Assembly: GCA_035515055.1 (NCBI GenBank)
Contig: DATJBV010000015.1
Span: forward strand, 25,058-89,057
DNA: 64,000 nucleotides
Reading direction: 5' to 3'
Origin: Candidimonas sp.
GTDB taxonomy: Bacteria > Pseudomonadota > Gammaproteobacteria > Burkholderiales > Burkholderiaceae_B
In this document: positions 28,141 through 37,476 of the stretch, piece by piece
How positions within the stretch are numbered: position 1 is the stretch's first letter
Layout of the letters: each line of letters starts with the position of its first letter
Made by a program: the position numbers and the translations under genes
Notes under the pieces: generated by a model
Seen by the model: the letters and a program-made list of their open reading frames with translations, nothing else
Told to the model about the DNA's origin: nothing
Databases searched by the model: none

Positions 28141-28849
28141 TCCCATTCTTCATATCGCCGGCCTGGATGTCCGTCACGGCCGAACGCAAGCCTTGTCCGA
28201 CATAAGTATCGACCTGTACGACGGCGAAGCCGTGGGCCTGCTGGGCACGAACGGCGCGGGCAAGACAACCCTGCTCAACACCTTGTCGGGCTTCCTGCGG
28301 CCCACGGCCGGCACGCTGGAATTATTCGGCGAGCCCATACACAATTGCGCGCCACATGTCATTGTGAGGCGCGGGCTGCTGCACCTGTCCCAGGAGCGCG
28401 ACCTGTTTGGCGACCTGACCGTGCTCGACAACCTCAGGCTCGGGTCGCTCGCTCGAGCGGCGAAAACATTCGACCGCAACGTCGAGCGCGTATTCCACTA
28501 CTTTCCGCGCCTGAAGGAACGCGCCTCGCAACGCGCGGCAACCATGTCGGGCGGCGAGCAGCAAATGCTGGCCATAGGGCGGGCATTAATGGCCGAACCC
28601 AAGGTCATGCTTTTCGACGAGCCATCAGCCGGCCTGTCGCCCTTGTTCGTGCAGGAAATCGGCGCCATGATGCGGTCCTTGCGCGCCGAAGGCGATATTT
28701 CGCTTATCCTGGTCGAGCAAAATATGCTGCTGGCCGCGCAAGTGATCGACCGGTTCTATATGCTGCGCGCCGGCCGCCTGGTGGCCAGCGGGCCGGTGGC
28801 CGAACTGGAGAAAGACCACGAAGAACTTGCCCGCCAGTACTACCTGTGA
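28133..28849 (+). CDS. ABC transporter ATP-binding protein (LivF-like)
   Basis: Walker A GTNGAGKT and signature MSGGEQQML. Start overlaps the upstream stop. Confidence 0.9.
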   Translation: MPDPILHIAGLDVRHGRTQALSDISIDLYDGEAVGLLGTNGAGKTTLLNTLSGFLRPTAGTLELFGEPIHNCAPHVIVRRGLLHLSQERDLFGDLTVLDNLRLGSLARAAKTFDRNVERVFHYFPRLKERASQRAATMSGGEQQMLAIGRALMAEPKVMLFDEPSAGLSPLFVQEIGAMMRSLRAEGDISLILVEQNMLLAAQVIDRFYMLRAGRLVASGPVAELEKDHEELARQYYL

Positions 28850-28889
28850 GCCATAAGCTCGCAGCCCTGGCGACAGGTTCGTTTGGCGC

Positions 28890-29906
28890 TTAAGGCTCGG
28901 CGCCGACCTGTACCAATTGCTTGCCGGTGTTCTTGCTGGTCAGCAGGCGCAGGAAAGCGTCGGGCGTCTGGGCTATGCCTTGCGCGATATCGAACTCGGA
29001 CGTCAAGTGTCCGGCCTGATACCAACCCATGAGGCGTTTGCGCGCATAGTCGTGGCGCGCCTGGTAGTCCAGGAACATGAAGCCGCGCATCGTGGCGCGC
29101 GACACCAGCAGCTGGCGCAGAAACCTCTGCCCGATATCGGGCTGCTCGAATTGGGCGGCGAGGCTGGCGGTTCCGACAATCACCACGCGCGCGTCGAGCG
29201 CCAGGTTCTGCATGACGGCATCGTGGATGATTCCGCCCGTGTTGTCGATGAATACGTCGACGCCACTCGGGCATGCCGCGCGCACCGCCTGGTCCAGATG
29301 ATTGGTGGTTCGGTAGTTGATCGCATGCGCGTAGCCGCGGGCCTGGCATAGACCCGCCTTTTCATCCGTGCTGGTAAACGCCAGCGCCTGGGCGTTCGCC
29401 AGCTTGGCCAACTGCCCTGCCGTTTGTCCGACCGAACCTGCGGCAGCCGATATGGCAACCGTATCGCCGGCCCGCAATTGGCCGGCCTCGAACAGCGAAA
29501 AATAGGCCGTCAGGCCGTTAAGACCGAAGGCATCGAGCCAGTAAGGCAAGGGCGCAAGGCCGGGAACAATGCGGCGCACGGACGCGGGCGACAAGACAGC
29601 GTATTCCTGCCAGCCGAACGCAAAGTCGGTGACGACCAGGTCTCCCGGGCCGAATTCGGCCGTTTCAGACTTGATGACTTCACCGATGGCGCCGCCCACC
29701 ATCACATCGCCGGGCGACACGCCGGCGGCATAATTTTGCTGCGGCGATATGCGGCCGCGCATGTAAGGGGCGACGTCCAGGTAAATGGCGCGCACCAGCA
29801 ACTGACCATGCTGCGGCGTGGGAATGTCTGATTCTGAAAGCGTCCAGTCGGCAACTTGAGGCAAGCCGGTAGGGAACTTTGCCAGGCGCCATTGCTTGTT
29901 TTTCAT
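28890..29906 (-). CDS. NADP-dependent oxidoreductase (MDR superfamily, YncB/alkenal reductase-like)
   Basis: MKNKQWRLAKFPTGLP...LLVRAIYLDVAPYMRGRI... and nucleotide-binding motif AAAGSVGQTAGQLAKL. Confidence 0.85.
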   Translation of the reverse strand: MKNKQWRLAKFPTGLPQVADWTLSESDIPTPQHGQLLVRAIYLDVAPYMRGRISPQQNYAAGVSPGDVMVGGAIGEVIKSETAEFGPGDLVVTDFAFGWQEYAVLSPASVRRIVPGLAPLPYWLDAFGLNGLTAYFSLFEAGQLRAGDTVAISAAAGSVGQTAGQLAKLANAQALAFTSTDEKAGLCQARGYAHAINYRTTNHLDQAVRAACPSGVDVFIDNTGGIIHDAVMQNLALDARVVIVGTASLAAQFEQPDIGQRFLRQLLVSRATMRGFMFLDYQARHDYARKRLMGWYQAGHLTSEFDIAQGIAQTPDAFLRLLTSKNTGKQLVQVGAEP

Positions 29907-30011
29907 TTATATTGTCCTTTGTATGTGGCCGATACATGGAGCATAACCGCAAGCTCCGCCTGGCTAACCCAAACGACCGACGATCTGTATCGAATCGACA
30001 AGGAGTACGCA

Positions 30012-31628
30012 ATGCGCGCCGCAGCCAGCCAAAGACCAGGAAGGGATCGGCGCCGGCCGGCACTGGCAATCGCCTTGGCAACAACCACGGCAATAGTCCT
30101 GGCAATTGTCGCCCCCGCCCGCGCCCAGCAAAGCATGGTCGACGCGGGCAAGACTCCTGGCCAGGACGTCATCGCGCTGGCGCCCAACGGGTTGGAACAT
30201 GCACTCGCCGCCCTTCCCGAGCTTACAGCCAACATCCTCGAACGCAGCGGCGTTCCAGGCGCGGCGGTTGCCGTGGTCCATGGCGGCAAGACCGTCTTCG
30301 CCCAAGGATTCGGCGTGCGGGAACTGGGCAAGCCCGGGTCCGTGGGCCCCAATACGGTGTTCCAGGTGGCCTCGCTCTCTAAACCCCTGACCGCTTCGGT
30401 AACGGCCGTGGAAGTCAGCAAGGGTCGCGTGGCCTGGGACGACCCTGTCGCGAAGCACCTGCCGGGCTTCGCGCTGCGCGACCCGTATGTCAGCGCGCAC
30501 GCCACCATAGGCGACTTCATGGCGCACCGTACCGGTTTGCCTGCGGCCGCGGGCGACGACCTGGAAGACCTGGGCTTTGAACGCGATGAAATCATCAAGC
30601 GCCTGGGCCTCCTGCCCTTGGACGCATTTCGCGCGTCTTACCACTATGCAAATTTCGGGACGACCATAGGCGCGCTGGCGGCCGCCGCCGCAGCCGGGAT
30701 GGCCTGGGAGGACCTCGCCGAACAGGCCTTATTCCAGCCGCTGGGCATGACATCGACCAGCGCGCGCCATGCGGATTATCTTGCCCGCCCCGACCGTGCG
30801 GTGTTGCACGCCCTCGATGGCGGGGCCTTCAGGCCGCTGTACGACCGCAACCCAGATCAGCAGTCGCCCGCGGGCGGGGTATCGTCCAGCGCGAACGACC
30901 TTGCACTCTGGCTGAAATTCTTGCTTGCCGACGGCAAACACCAGGGGCAGCCGCTGGCCACGCCGGCTTCCCTGTTGGCGGCCATGAGTCCCCAATCATT
31001 CAGCGCGCCGGCACAAAGCGTGGATAGCCGGCCAGGGTTCTACGGCTACGGCTTCAACACCAGCGTCAATGCCAACGGGCGTACCACATTCAGTCATTCC
31101 GGCGCATTTCTGCTGGGCGCAGGCAGCGCGTTCCAGATCATACCTTCGGCTGACGTCGGTATTGTGGTGCTCACCAACGGCAGCCCCGTGGGCGCGGCCG
31201 AAAGTATAGGCATGCGCTTCATGGATCTCGTCCAATACGGCGAGCCATTGCGCGACTGGTACGCGGCTTATAACGGGTTGATGCAGGGCTTGTATACGCC
31301 CGACGGCGACCTGGCCGGGAAGACGCCGCCCGTGCAAGCCCGGGCGCCGCAACCCCTTTCCGCCTATGCCGGGCATTACGAAAACGCCTACTTCGGCTCG
31401 GCCGAAATTTCGGTCGATAAACAAGAGCTTGTCCTGACACTAGGCCCCAAGGCGGAACGCATCGTCCTGGCCCACTGGGATGGCGACACCTATGCCATGA
31501 CGCCGCGCGGCGAAAATGCGCCTGAAGGCACGCGCTCGTCGGTGCATTTCAACGTGCAAGACGGCAAGGCGGGCGACTTCACGATCGACTACCTGGACGA
31601 CAACGGATTGGCGACCTGGAAACGCTAG
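30012..31628 (+). CDS. serine hydrolase (beta-lactamase/class C esterase family)
   Basis: Trimmed to ATG 30012, preceded by AAGGAG. Signal/Tat-like N-terminus, SxxK motif ASLSKPLTA, and YxN motif YHYANF. Confidence 0.85.
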   Translation: MRAAASQRPGRDRRRPALAIALATTTAIVLAIVAPARAQQSMVDAGKTPGQDVIALAPNGLEHALAALPELTANILERSGVPGAAVAVVHGGKTVFAQGFGVRELGKPGSVGPNTVFQVASLSKPLTASVTAVEVSKGRVAWDDPVAKHLPGFALRDPYVSAHATIGDFMAHRTGLPAAAGDDLEDLGFERDEIIKRLGLLPLDAFRASYHYANFGTTIGALAAAAAAGMAWEDLAEQALFQPLGMTSTSARHADYLARPDRAVLHALDGGAFRPLYDRNPDQQSPAGGVSSSANDLALWLKFLLADGKHQGQPLATPASLLAAMSPQSFSAPAQSVDSRPGFYGYGFNTSVNANGRTTFSHSGAFLLGAGSAFQIIPSADVGIVVLTNGSPVGAAESIGMRFMDLVQYGEPLRDWYAAYNGLMQGLYTPDGDLAGKTPPVQARAPQPLSAYAGHYENAYFGSAEISVDKQELVLTLGPKAERIVLAHWDGDTYAMTPRGENAPEGTRSSVHFNVQDGKAGDFTIDYLDDNGLATWKR

Positions 31629-31694
31629 GCGCCGGGTACACAAGGCCGTCTAAAAACGTTACTCTGTCAGACCATCTTAGAAGGAGTAAACCTA

Positions 31695-31976
31695 ATGGCA
31701 CAAGCCTCAGCCCGCCACATCCTCGTATCCACCGAAGACAAGTGCAATGAACTCAAAACCGCCATCGAAGGCGGCGCCGACTTCGCACAAGTCGCCAAAG
31801 ACAATTCAAGCTGCCCTTCCAGCCGCCAAGGCGGCGACCTGGGCACGTTCGGTCCCGGTCAAATGGTCAAGGAATTCGACGAAGTCGTATTCAGCGCCCC
31901 GGTCAATGTCGTCCAAGGCCCGGTAAAGACCCAGTTCGGCTACCACCTGCTGGAAGTCACCAGCCGCGAAGACTGA
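31695..31976 (+). CDS. ppiC: parvulin-type peptidyl-prolyl cis-trans isomerase
   Basis: 93 aa, with ARHILV...GGDLGTFGPGQMVKEFDEVVF...GYHLLEV. Preceded by AAGGAG. Confidence 0.9.
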   Translation: MAQASARHILVSTEDKCNELKTAIEGGADFAQVAKDNSSCPSSRQGGDLGTFGPGQMVKEFDEVVFSAPVNVVQGPVKTQFGYHLLEVTSRED

Positions 31977-32010
31977 TTTCGCCGCCGCCGGCGCACCGCT
32001 GCTTCGCGGT

Positions 32011-32589
32011 TCAGCCGGCAAAGCCGCCCTCTTCCAGGAACCGGGCTTCGGCTTCTGTCGTCGGGCGGCCCATTAATGGATTGCGATGCGGAAAATGACC
32101 GAAGCGCTCGATAATGGCGCAATGGTCAAGCGCGAACTTGATGTTTGCCGGCGCGTAGCGGCGGTAAAGCTCAATGCCGTAGCGCTGATCGGCCAGCGCT
32201 TCGGAATGAATGAAAGGCGTGCAAAAAAACAAGGCCAAGGCCGTGTCCACCTTTTGCGCGTGTCCTGCCGCAATTGCCAGCCGCGCATGAAGCCGCGCCA
32301 GCCCATCGGTTGCGAACATATGCGGTGTATCGCGAAAGGCGTTACGCGGAAATTGGTCGAGCAGCAACACCAAGGCCAAGGCCCCAGCCGGATCGTCGGC
32401 CCAAGTGTCCAGACCTCGGCGCGCCGCCAGCCAGTGCAGGGTCATGTAGCGCTCGCGAAAATCCGCATCGAAGGCGTCGTCCTTGATAAACCATGATTGC
32501 CCCCCCGCCTTTGTCCAGAAGTCGACCACGGCGTGGGCCTGCGCAATGTCCATCGCTTCCTTCCCGGAGTTGGGTTGTTGATTTTTCAT
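32011..32589 (-). CDS. DUF924 family protein
   Basis: Trimmed to ATG 32589. Motifs LALVLLLDQFPRNAFR and FFCTPFIHSE are typical of DUF924. Confidence 0.8.
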   Translation of the reverse strand: MKNQQPNSGKEAMDIAQAHAVVDFWTKAGGQSWFIKDDAFDADFRERYMTLHWLAARRGLDTWADDPAGALALVLLLDQFPRNAFRDTPHMFATDGLARLHARLAIAAGHAQKVDTALALFFCTPFIHSEALADQRYGIELYRRYAPANIKFALDHCAIIERFGHFPHRNPLMGRPTTEAEARFLEEGGFAG

Positions 32590-32685
32590 GGTGGTATCCG
32601 CAAGGTTGCACGAGAAGCGAAATTGTAGTGCCATTTATAATGAAAAGATGGAGCGCAAGCTCTTCTCTTCAAAGGAGCCGCCAGC

Positions 32686-33585
32686 ATGACAACCGCCAAC
32701 ACCAGCCATTCATCCAAGGAAGTCGTCCGTCAGCCGCGCACAATCGAACGCGTCGTGACCGGCGTTGCCACGTCCGACGGCGCGGGCGTGAAGCTCACGC
32801 GGGTATTGACTTCATCCTTGCAAAAGAGACTGGATCCCTACTTGATGCTGGACCATTTCGGCACCGACAATCCAGACGACTATATTGGCGGCTTTCCCGA
32901 TCATCCGCACCGTGGCTTCGAGACGGTAACCTACATGATCGACGGGCGTATGCGCCACCATGACAGCGCGGGCAATGGAGGCTTGTTGCAAAACGGCGGC
33001 GTGCAGTGGATGACCGCCGGCCGCGGCGTGGTCCACTCCGAAATGCCAGAACAGGAAGAGGGTCGGATGGAAGGCTTCCAGCTTTGGCTCAATTTGCCCG
33101 CCCGCAACAAAATGACCACGCCGGCATATCGCGACATTCAAAGCGAAACAATACCCGAGTTGCGCCTGCCGTCCGGGGTGCTCGCGCGGGTCATTGCCGG
33201 CAGCAGCCATGGATTGGCGGGAGCCGTCCAGCGCGACACGACGGAGCCTTTGTATTTGGACGTGCATTTCGATGGGGCCGGCGAGTTCAGCCAGCCGCTT
33301 GGCGGCGACATGAACGCCTTTGTTTACGTCTACCGCGGCGAAGCCGAGATCGATGGCCGCGCAATACCGGCGCAGCGCATGGCCATACTTGCCAATGACC
33401 CACAGGCCGATGGCGTGGTCATCCGTACCCAAGGCGCGGCGCGTGTCCTGTTGATCGCGGGCAAGCCGCTAGGCGAACCCATCGCCCAGCACGGCCCTTT
33501 CGTCATGAATACACATCAGGAACTGGTGCAGGCGGTGGAGGACTTCCAGGCGGGCAAGTTCCATCATCCTGAAACCGGGTCGTAG
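32686..33585 (+). CDS. pirin family protein
   Basis: Cupin metal motif GFPDHPHRGFETVTYMIDG...; 299 aa. Preceded by AAAGGAG. Confidence 0.9.
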   Translation: MTTANTSHSSKEVVRQPRTIERVVTGVATSDGAGVKLTRVLTSSLQKRLDPYLMLDHFGTDNPDDYIGGFPDHPHRGFETVTYMIDGRMRHHDSAGNGGLLQNGGVQWMTAGRGVVHSEMPEQEEGRMEGFQLWLNLPARNKMTTPAYRDIQSETIPELRLPSGVLARVIAGSSHGLAGAVQRDTTEPLYLDVHFDGAGEFSQPLGGDMNAFVYVYRGEAEIDGRAIPAQRMAILANDPQADGVVIRTQGAARVLLIAGKPLGEPIAQHGPFVMNTHQELVQAVEDFQAGKFHHPETGS

Positions 33586-33614
33586 AGCTATGCAGGCACG
33601 ATTGTTCCCATAGC

Positions 33615-34454
33615 TCAGGCAGACTGCCGCGCAAGCGGATCCTGGCGGTAGTATTGGGCCAGCAGCGCGTACCAGTCCGGCAGTCCATGCGCAAGCGGCT
33701 GGGGGTGCACAAAAAAGCTTTCTGTGCTCACTGCGAAAAATTCGGCGGTGTCGGTTGCGGCATACGGGTCCAACGGCAACCGATCGAACCAGGGCGCGGC
33801 AGCCTCGGATTCCGGGTCGACGTGACGCGGAATGGCATCTTCCACGGCCATCAATTCGGCATTGAACCACTCGAACGACTCGTGCAAGACATCTTGCCAA
33901 TGACGCGGCGACAGCCGCGGATGGGCGGCCAGGCTGGGCATGCCGTCCGCGCCGCCCGCGTGCAGGTCCAGCTTATGGGCGAACTCGTGGATGACGACGT
34001 TGGTCTTGTCCGGCATATCCGGCCGAGCATCTTCCCAGGAAAGGATAACCGGGCCGCCCTCCCACGCTTCCCCCGATGCCTCCTGCATGTATTCGTGCAC
34101 GACGCCGCTGTCGTCGACATCGTTGCGCGGAATGACGAAGCCGCCGGGATAAAGCACTATCTCGGTCCAGCCCTCGTACAGCACCGGGTCCAGTTCCAGG
34201 ATAGGCAACGCCGCCTGGATGGCGATGGACAGCATGATCTCGTCGGTGACCACCATGCCGCGCGCGGCGCTGAAGGTTTTGCTGGCGAGCAGCCAAGCCG
34301 TTCGATCGCGCAATGAAGCGTGCTCGCGTGGCGAAAGACCGGCGAGGAAAAAGTGACTGGCAAGAGCGCGCTGCCAATCGGTATCGGAAATAAGGGCAAG
34401 TTGGCGCTCTACCTGACGCCGGGTGGCGCCCCTGCCGCTAAGCCATCTGAACAT
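33615..34454 (-). CDS. M90 family zinc metallopeptidase (MtfA-like)
   Basis: HEFAHKLD zinc motif. The size and surrounding sequence resemble MtfA. Confidence 0.8.
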   Translation of the reverse strand: MFRWLSGRGATRRQVERQLALISDTDWQRALASHFFLAGLSPREHASLRDRTAWLLASKTFSAARGMVVTDEIMLSIAIQAALPILELDPVLYEGWTEIVLYPGGFVIPRNDVDDSGVVHEYMQEASGEAWEGGPVILSWEDARPDMPDKTNVVIHEFAHKLDLHAGGADGMPSLAAHPRLSPRHWQDVLHESFEWFNAELMAVEDAIPRHVDPESEAAAPWFDRLPLDPYAATDTAEFFAVSTESFFVHPQPLAHGLPDWYALLAQYYRQDPLARQSA

Positions 34455-34460
34455 CGTCGG

Positions 34461-35144
34461 TCATCCGGCCTTGCCGCCCAGTTGGTTTACCAGCGCATCG
34501 AGTCCTTCGACGGTAAGGTCGGGCGTTGCGCCGAGCTCGTCGAACACGGTGTCGTTACGGTTGACCCAGCAGACGTTATAGCCGAAATGTTTGGCGCCCG
34601 AAGCGTCCCATGGGTTGGATGATACGAACAAGATGTCGGACCGGACCATGCCCAGGCGAGTCTCCGCCAATTCGTAGACACGGAAGTCGGGCTTGAACAC
34701 CTTGACGGCGTCGACACTGATCAGGTGGGCGAAGTGATTCTCGAGCCCGGCGTGATTGACAACGCTGTCGATGGAATACACCGAACCGTTGGAGAGAATG
34801 GCCAAGGGCAGGCCCATGGCTTGCAGAGCCGAGAGCGCGGCCGGCGTCTCCGGGTAGGGCCGCAACTGCAAGTATTCCTTGCACAAGGCGTCGCGCGCCG
34901 TATCGGGCAGAGCCAGCTTCAAGCGCTTGCAGGTGAAAACCAACGCGTCTTCCGTGGCCTCTTCAAAAGAAAGGTACTGTCCCATAAGACTGCGCAGCCA
35001 GGTGTATTCGAGCTGCTTTTGCCGCCACAGTGTGCTAATTTCCGGCCCGCGGCCCGGGTAGCAAGCGTCGCAAAGTTCGGCCACCGAGTGGACATCGAAC
35101 AGTGTGCCGTACAGATCGAAGACTATGCCTTTTATTGGTTTCAT
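34461..35144 (-). CDS. haloacid dehalogenase type II
   Basis: Trimmed to ATG 35144. Nucleophile motif GIVFDLYGTLFDV and ILSNGS motif; 6 nt upstream of the MtfA-like gene. Confidence 0.85.
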   Translation of the reverse strand: MKPIKGIVFDLYGTLFDVHSVAELCDACYPGRGPEISTLWRQKQLEYTWLRSLMGQYLSFEEATEDALVFTCKRLKLALPDTARDALCKEYLQLRPYPETPAALSALQAMGLPLAILSNGSVYSIDSVVNHAGLENHFAHLISVDAVKVFKPDFRVYELAETRLGMVRSDILFVSSNPWDASGAKHFGYNVCWVNRNDTVFDELGATPDLTVEGLDALVNQLGGKAG

Positions 35145-35242
35145 GCCTGTTCCCCTCCACAAGCCGTCATGGCTCTGTTTTCAAGTATTGCATATTCGAC
35201 GAAATGCTTGCACGGGCACATCGCTTGCCAACACTCGCCACC

Positions 35243-36580
35243 ATGACACGCACATCCCACAAAGTCGTGATTGTCGGAGGCGGCGCCGGCGGGCTCGAAT
35301 TGGCCGTCCGGCTGGGCCGGAAATTCGGACCCACGCACGTCTATCTGATCGATCAGGCCGTCGACCATATCTGGAAGCCATCGCTGCATGAGGTGGCTGC
35401 CGGCACATTGGACATCCACCGCGAAGGACTGTCGTACGCCATGTTGGCGCGCGATAACGGATTCACTTTTGTGCTGGGACGGGTTTCGCGCGTTGATCCG
35501 CAGGCGAAGATCGTGCGCCTGGACAATGTCGTCTTCGAAGGGCACGACATTTTCCCGCCGCGGGATTTGCTCTACGACACGCTGGTGCTGGCCGTAGGCA
35601 GCAAGTCCAACTTCTTCGGGACACCCGGCGCCAACGAATTCGCGATTGCACTGGACTCGACCGGGCAGGCGGAACGGTTCCGTCAATTGCTGCTGCGCGA
35701 CCTTGTCATTGCCGATCGGAGCAAGGGGGCGGGCGATCCCGCGGCAGGTACGCCTGCGGCAAGCGGCCCCTCGTACCCGCTGCGGATTGCCATAGTCGGC
35801 GGCGGCGCGACGGGTGTCGAATTGGCCGCCGAACTGCGGGAAGCGGCCCGCAATGTGACGGCCTATGGCCTGGACCACCTGGACCCCGGGCATGACGTGA
35901 AGATTGCCTTGCTGGAGGGAGCGCCGCGCATCTTGTCGGGCCTGCCCGAAAGCATGTCACGCGCGGCGACCAGCCTGCTGCTGGAGCGGGGAATCAACGT
36001 CAATACGTCGGTACGGATCACCGAGGTCACGGCTGATGCGTTATACGACGATAAAGGCACACGCTACCCATACGACCTGTGCGTGTGGGCCGCCGGCATC
36101 CAGGCGCCGGAATTCCTTGCCGGCATGGGCTTGCCGGTCAATCGTATCAACCAGGTCGAGGTCAATGCCGGCCTGCGTACCGCCGATCCGGCCGTGTTCG
36201 CATTCGGCGACTGCGCCGAGGCGCCATGGGGCGGCAAGAGCATGTCCTTACCCGCACGCGCGCAAGTTGCCCACCAGCAGGCCGGCTTTCTCATCCCGAC
36301 GCTCACGGAACGCATCACCGGCCGCGATGTGCAGCCGCGCGCCTTCAAATACCGCGATTACGGCTCTCTTGTTTCTGTGGGACACAATACCGGCGTGGGC
36401 ACCCTGATGGGCGTACTTTCGGGGCGGCGCTGGTTCGTCGAAGGCTTGATCGCACGCTGGATGTACATGAGCCTGCATCTGCGGCATCACATGGCGGTGC
36501 TTGGCGTAGTTCAGACGGCGCTAATGGCCGTTGGACGCCTGCTGCTCAAGCGCAGTGCGCCGCGCGTCAAGCTGCACTAG
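35243..36580 (+). CDS. ndh: type II NADH dehydrogenase (NDH-2)
   Basis: Trimmed to ATG 35243. Two dinucleotide folds (VVIVGGGAGGLELA and IAIVGGGATGVELAAEL) and GDCA motif. Confidence 0.9.
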   Translation: MTRTSHKVVIVGGGAGGLELAVRLGRKFGPTHVYLIDQAVDHIWKPSLHEVAAGTLDIHREGLSYAMLARDNGFTFVLGRVSRVDPQAKIVRLDNVVFEGHDIFPPRDLLYDTLVLAVGSKSNFFGTPGANEFAIALDSTGQAERFRQLLLRDLVIADRSKGAGDPAAGTPAASGPSYPLRIAIVGGGATGVELAAELREAARNVTAYGLDHLDPGHDVKIALLEGAPRILSGLPESMSRAATSLLLERGINVNTSVRITEVTADALYDDKGTRYPYDLCVWAAGIQAPEFLAGMGLPVNRINQVEVNAGLRTADPAVFAFGDCAEAPWGGKSMSLPARAQVAHQQAGFLIPTLTERITGRDVQPRAFKYRDYGSLVSVGHNTGVGTLMGVLSGRRWFVEGLIARWMYMSLHLRHHMAVLGVVQTALMAVGRLLLKRSAPRVKLH

Positions 36581-36837
36581 GCGTCCTTGTCCACGTCTTT
36601 GTCCACAGCCACGTCTTCGCCCGACGAGATATCGATAGGGCGATCAGGCTTCACCTCGGCGACCTTGTCGGGCTTGTCCTTCGTCGGGGTGGAGGCCATG
36701 TCGTGCAGTTCTTTTTTGCTCATGGACTGATACATGGACTTGGATGGCCCCTTCAGGTCGCCCACTTTCTTTTCTCCCTTCTTGGCGGCCAGGGCGACGC
36801 CCGCGGCCTGCTGCTGGGACTTGGACTTGGCCGGCAT
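36577..36837 (-). CDS. DUF3008 family protein
   Basis: 86 aa. MPAKSKSQQQAAGVALAAKKGEKKVGDLKG...MSKKELHDMAS resembles DUF3008. Confidence 0.7.
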   Translation of the reverse strand: MPAKSKSQQQAAGVALAAKKGEKKVGDLKGPSKSMYQSMSKKELHDMASTPTKDKPDKVAEVKPDRPIDISSGEDVAVDKDVDKDA

Positions 36838-36876
36838 AGTTCACCTCTCTTCGGTCTGTCGGTACACCGGTCGCGG

Positions 36877-37386
36877 CTAATGCTTCGCTGTGGTGTCGGG
36901 CATTTCATCGCGTTCCAGGAACTCACGCGTGACGATCGGCAGCTGTTCCGCGAGCCAGGCCGCCATGGCTTCTTCCTGGGGCAGTATGATTTCGCATACG
37001 CGACGCGTTTCCAGGTCACCGACCGTTTCCGCCGCGGCAATCAGGGCGCGGTATGCGGCTATCTCCATATGCTCGAACGTATAGCTCGCCATGGCGGCCT
37101 TGACGACCTCGTCTGTAACGAACATGCCGCTTAGGCCTTGCGCGGTGGCGGTGGCCTTGGCCGCCATGTCCTTTATGCCCGATGTGTCGCCGCCCAGCCG
37201 TTCGATGCAGGTCTTTACCAAGCGGGCCTGTTCACGTGTTTCCTCAAGGTGCGCTTGCAAGCGCGCCCGCAGCTGTGGGTAGTTCTCCAACCGCGAAGCA
37301 GTCGTATCCAGCATGGTTTCCGCCTGCATCTCCATGGCGTGGGCGTCACGCAGCCAGTCCAGTAAATTTTCGTTAGCGCTCGTCAT
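36877..37386 (-). CDS. ferritin-like DUF892 (YciE/YciF) family protein
   Basis: LLDWLRDAHAMEMQAE...LQAHLEETREQ...YTFEHMEIAAYRAL. This is the second family member in the window. Confidence 0.85.
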   Translation of the reverse strand: MTSANENLLDWLRDAHAMEMQAETMLDTTASRLENYPQLRARLQAHLEETREQARLVKTCIERLGGDTSGIKDMAAKATATAQGLSGMFVTDEVVKAAMASYTFEHMEIAAYRALIAAAETVGDLETRRVCEIILPQEEAMAAWLAEQLPIVTREFLERDEMPDTTAKH

Positions 37387-37440
37387 GTGCCACTCCTTTC
37401 AAGGTTGGGTGGGAATAGAACAAGCGACTACAGCAATTTG

Positions 37441-37469
37441 CAGGCCCGCGGCGTTGCGCCGCGGGCCTG
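37441..37469 (-). terminator. perfect 13-bp-stem hairpin downstream of the DUF1993 gene
   Basis: CAGGCCCGCGGCG-TTG-CGCCGCGGGCCTG, starting 8 nt after the stop. The T-tract is weak. Confidence 0.5.
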
Positions 37470-37476
37470 GTGATGG

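Noticed and set aside
33585-33616. GAGCTATG...CATAGCTC inverted repeat between the pirin and MtfA-like genes, considered as a terminator.
   Set aside because: It has only an 8-bp stem with a 16-nt loop, overlaps both stop codons and has no U-tract. That is too weak to call.
36577-36580. Overlapping convergent stop codons forming CTAG (ndh/DUF3008) and CTTAAG at 62599..62604 (GGDEF/PPTase), plus zero-nt spacing of the ccp and nadE stops at 43117/43118.
   Set aside because: These are a curiosity of compact gene packing. The palindromic overlap follows trivially from TAG/TAA stops on both strands, and there is no evidence of function.
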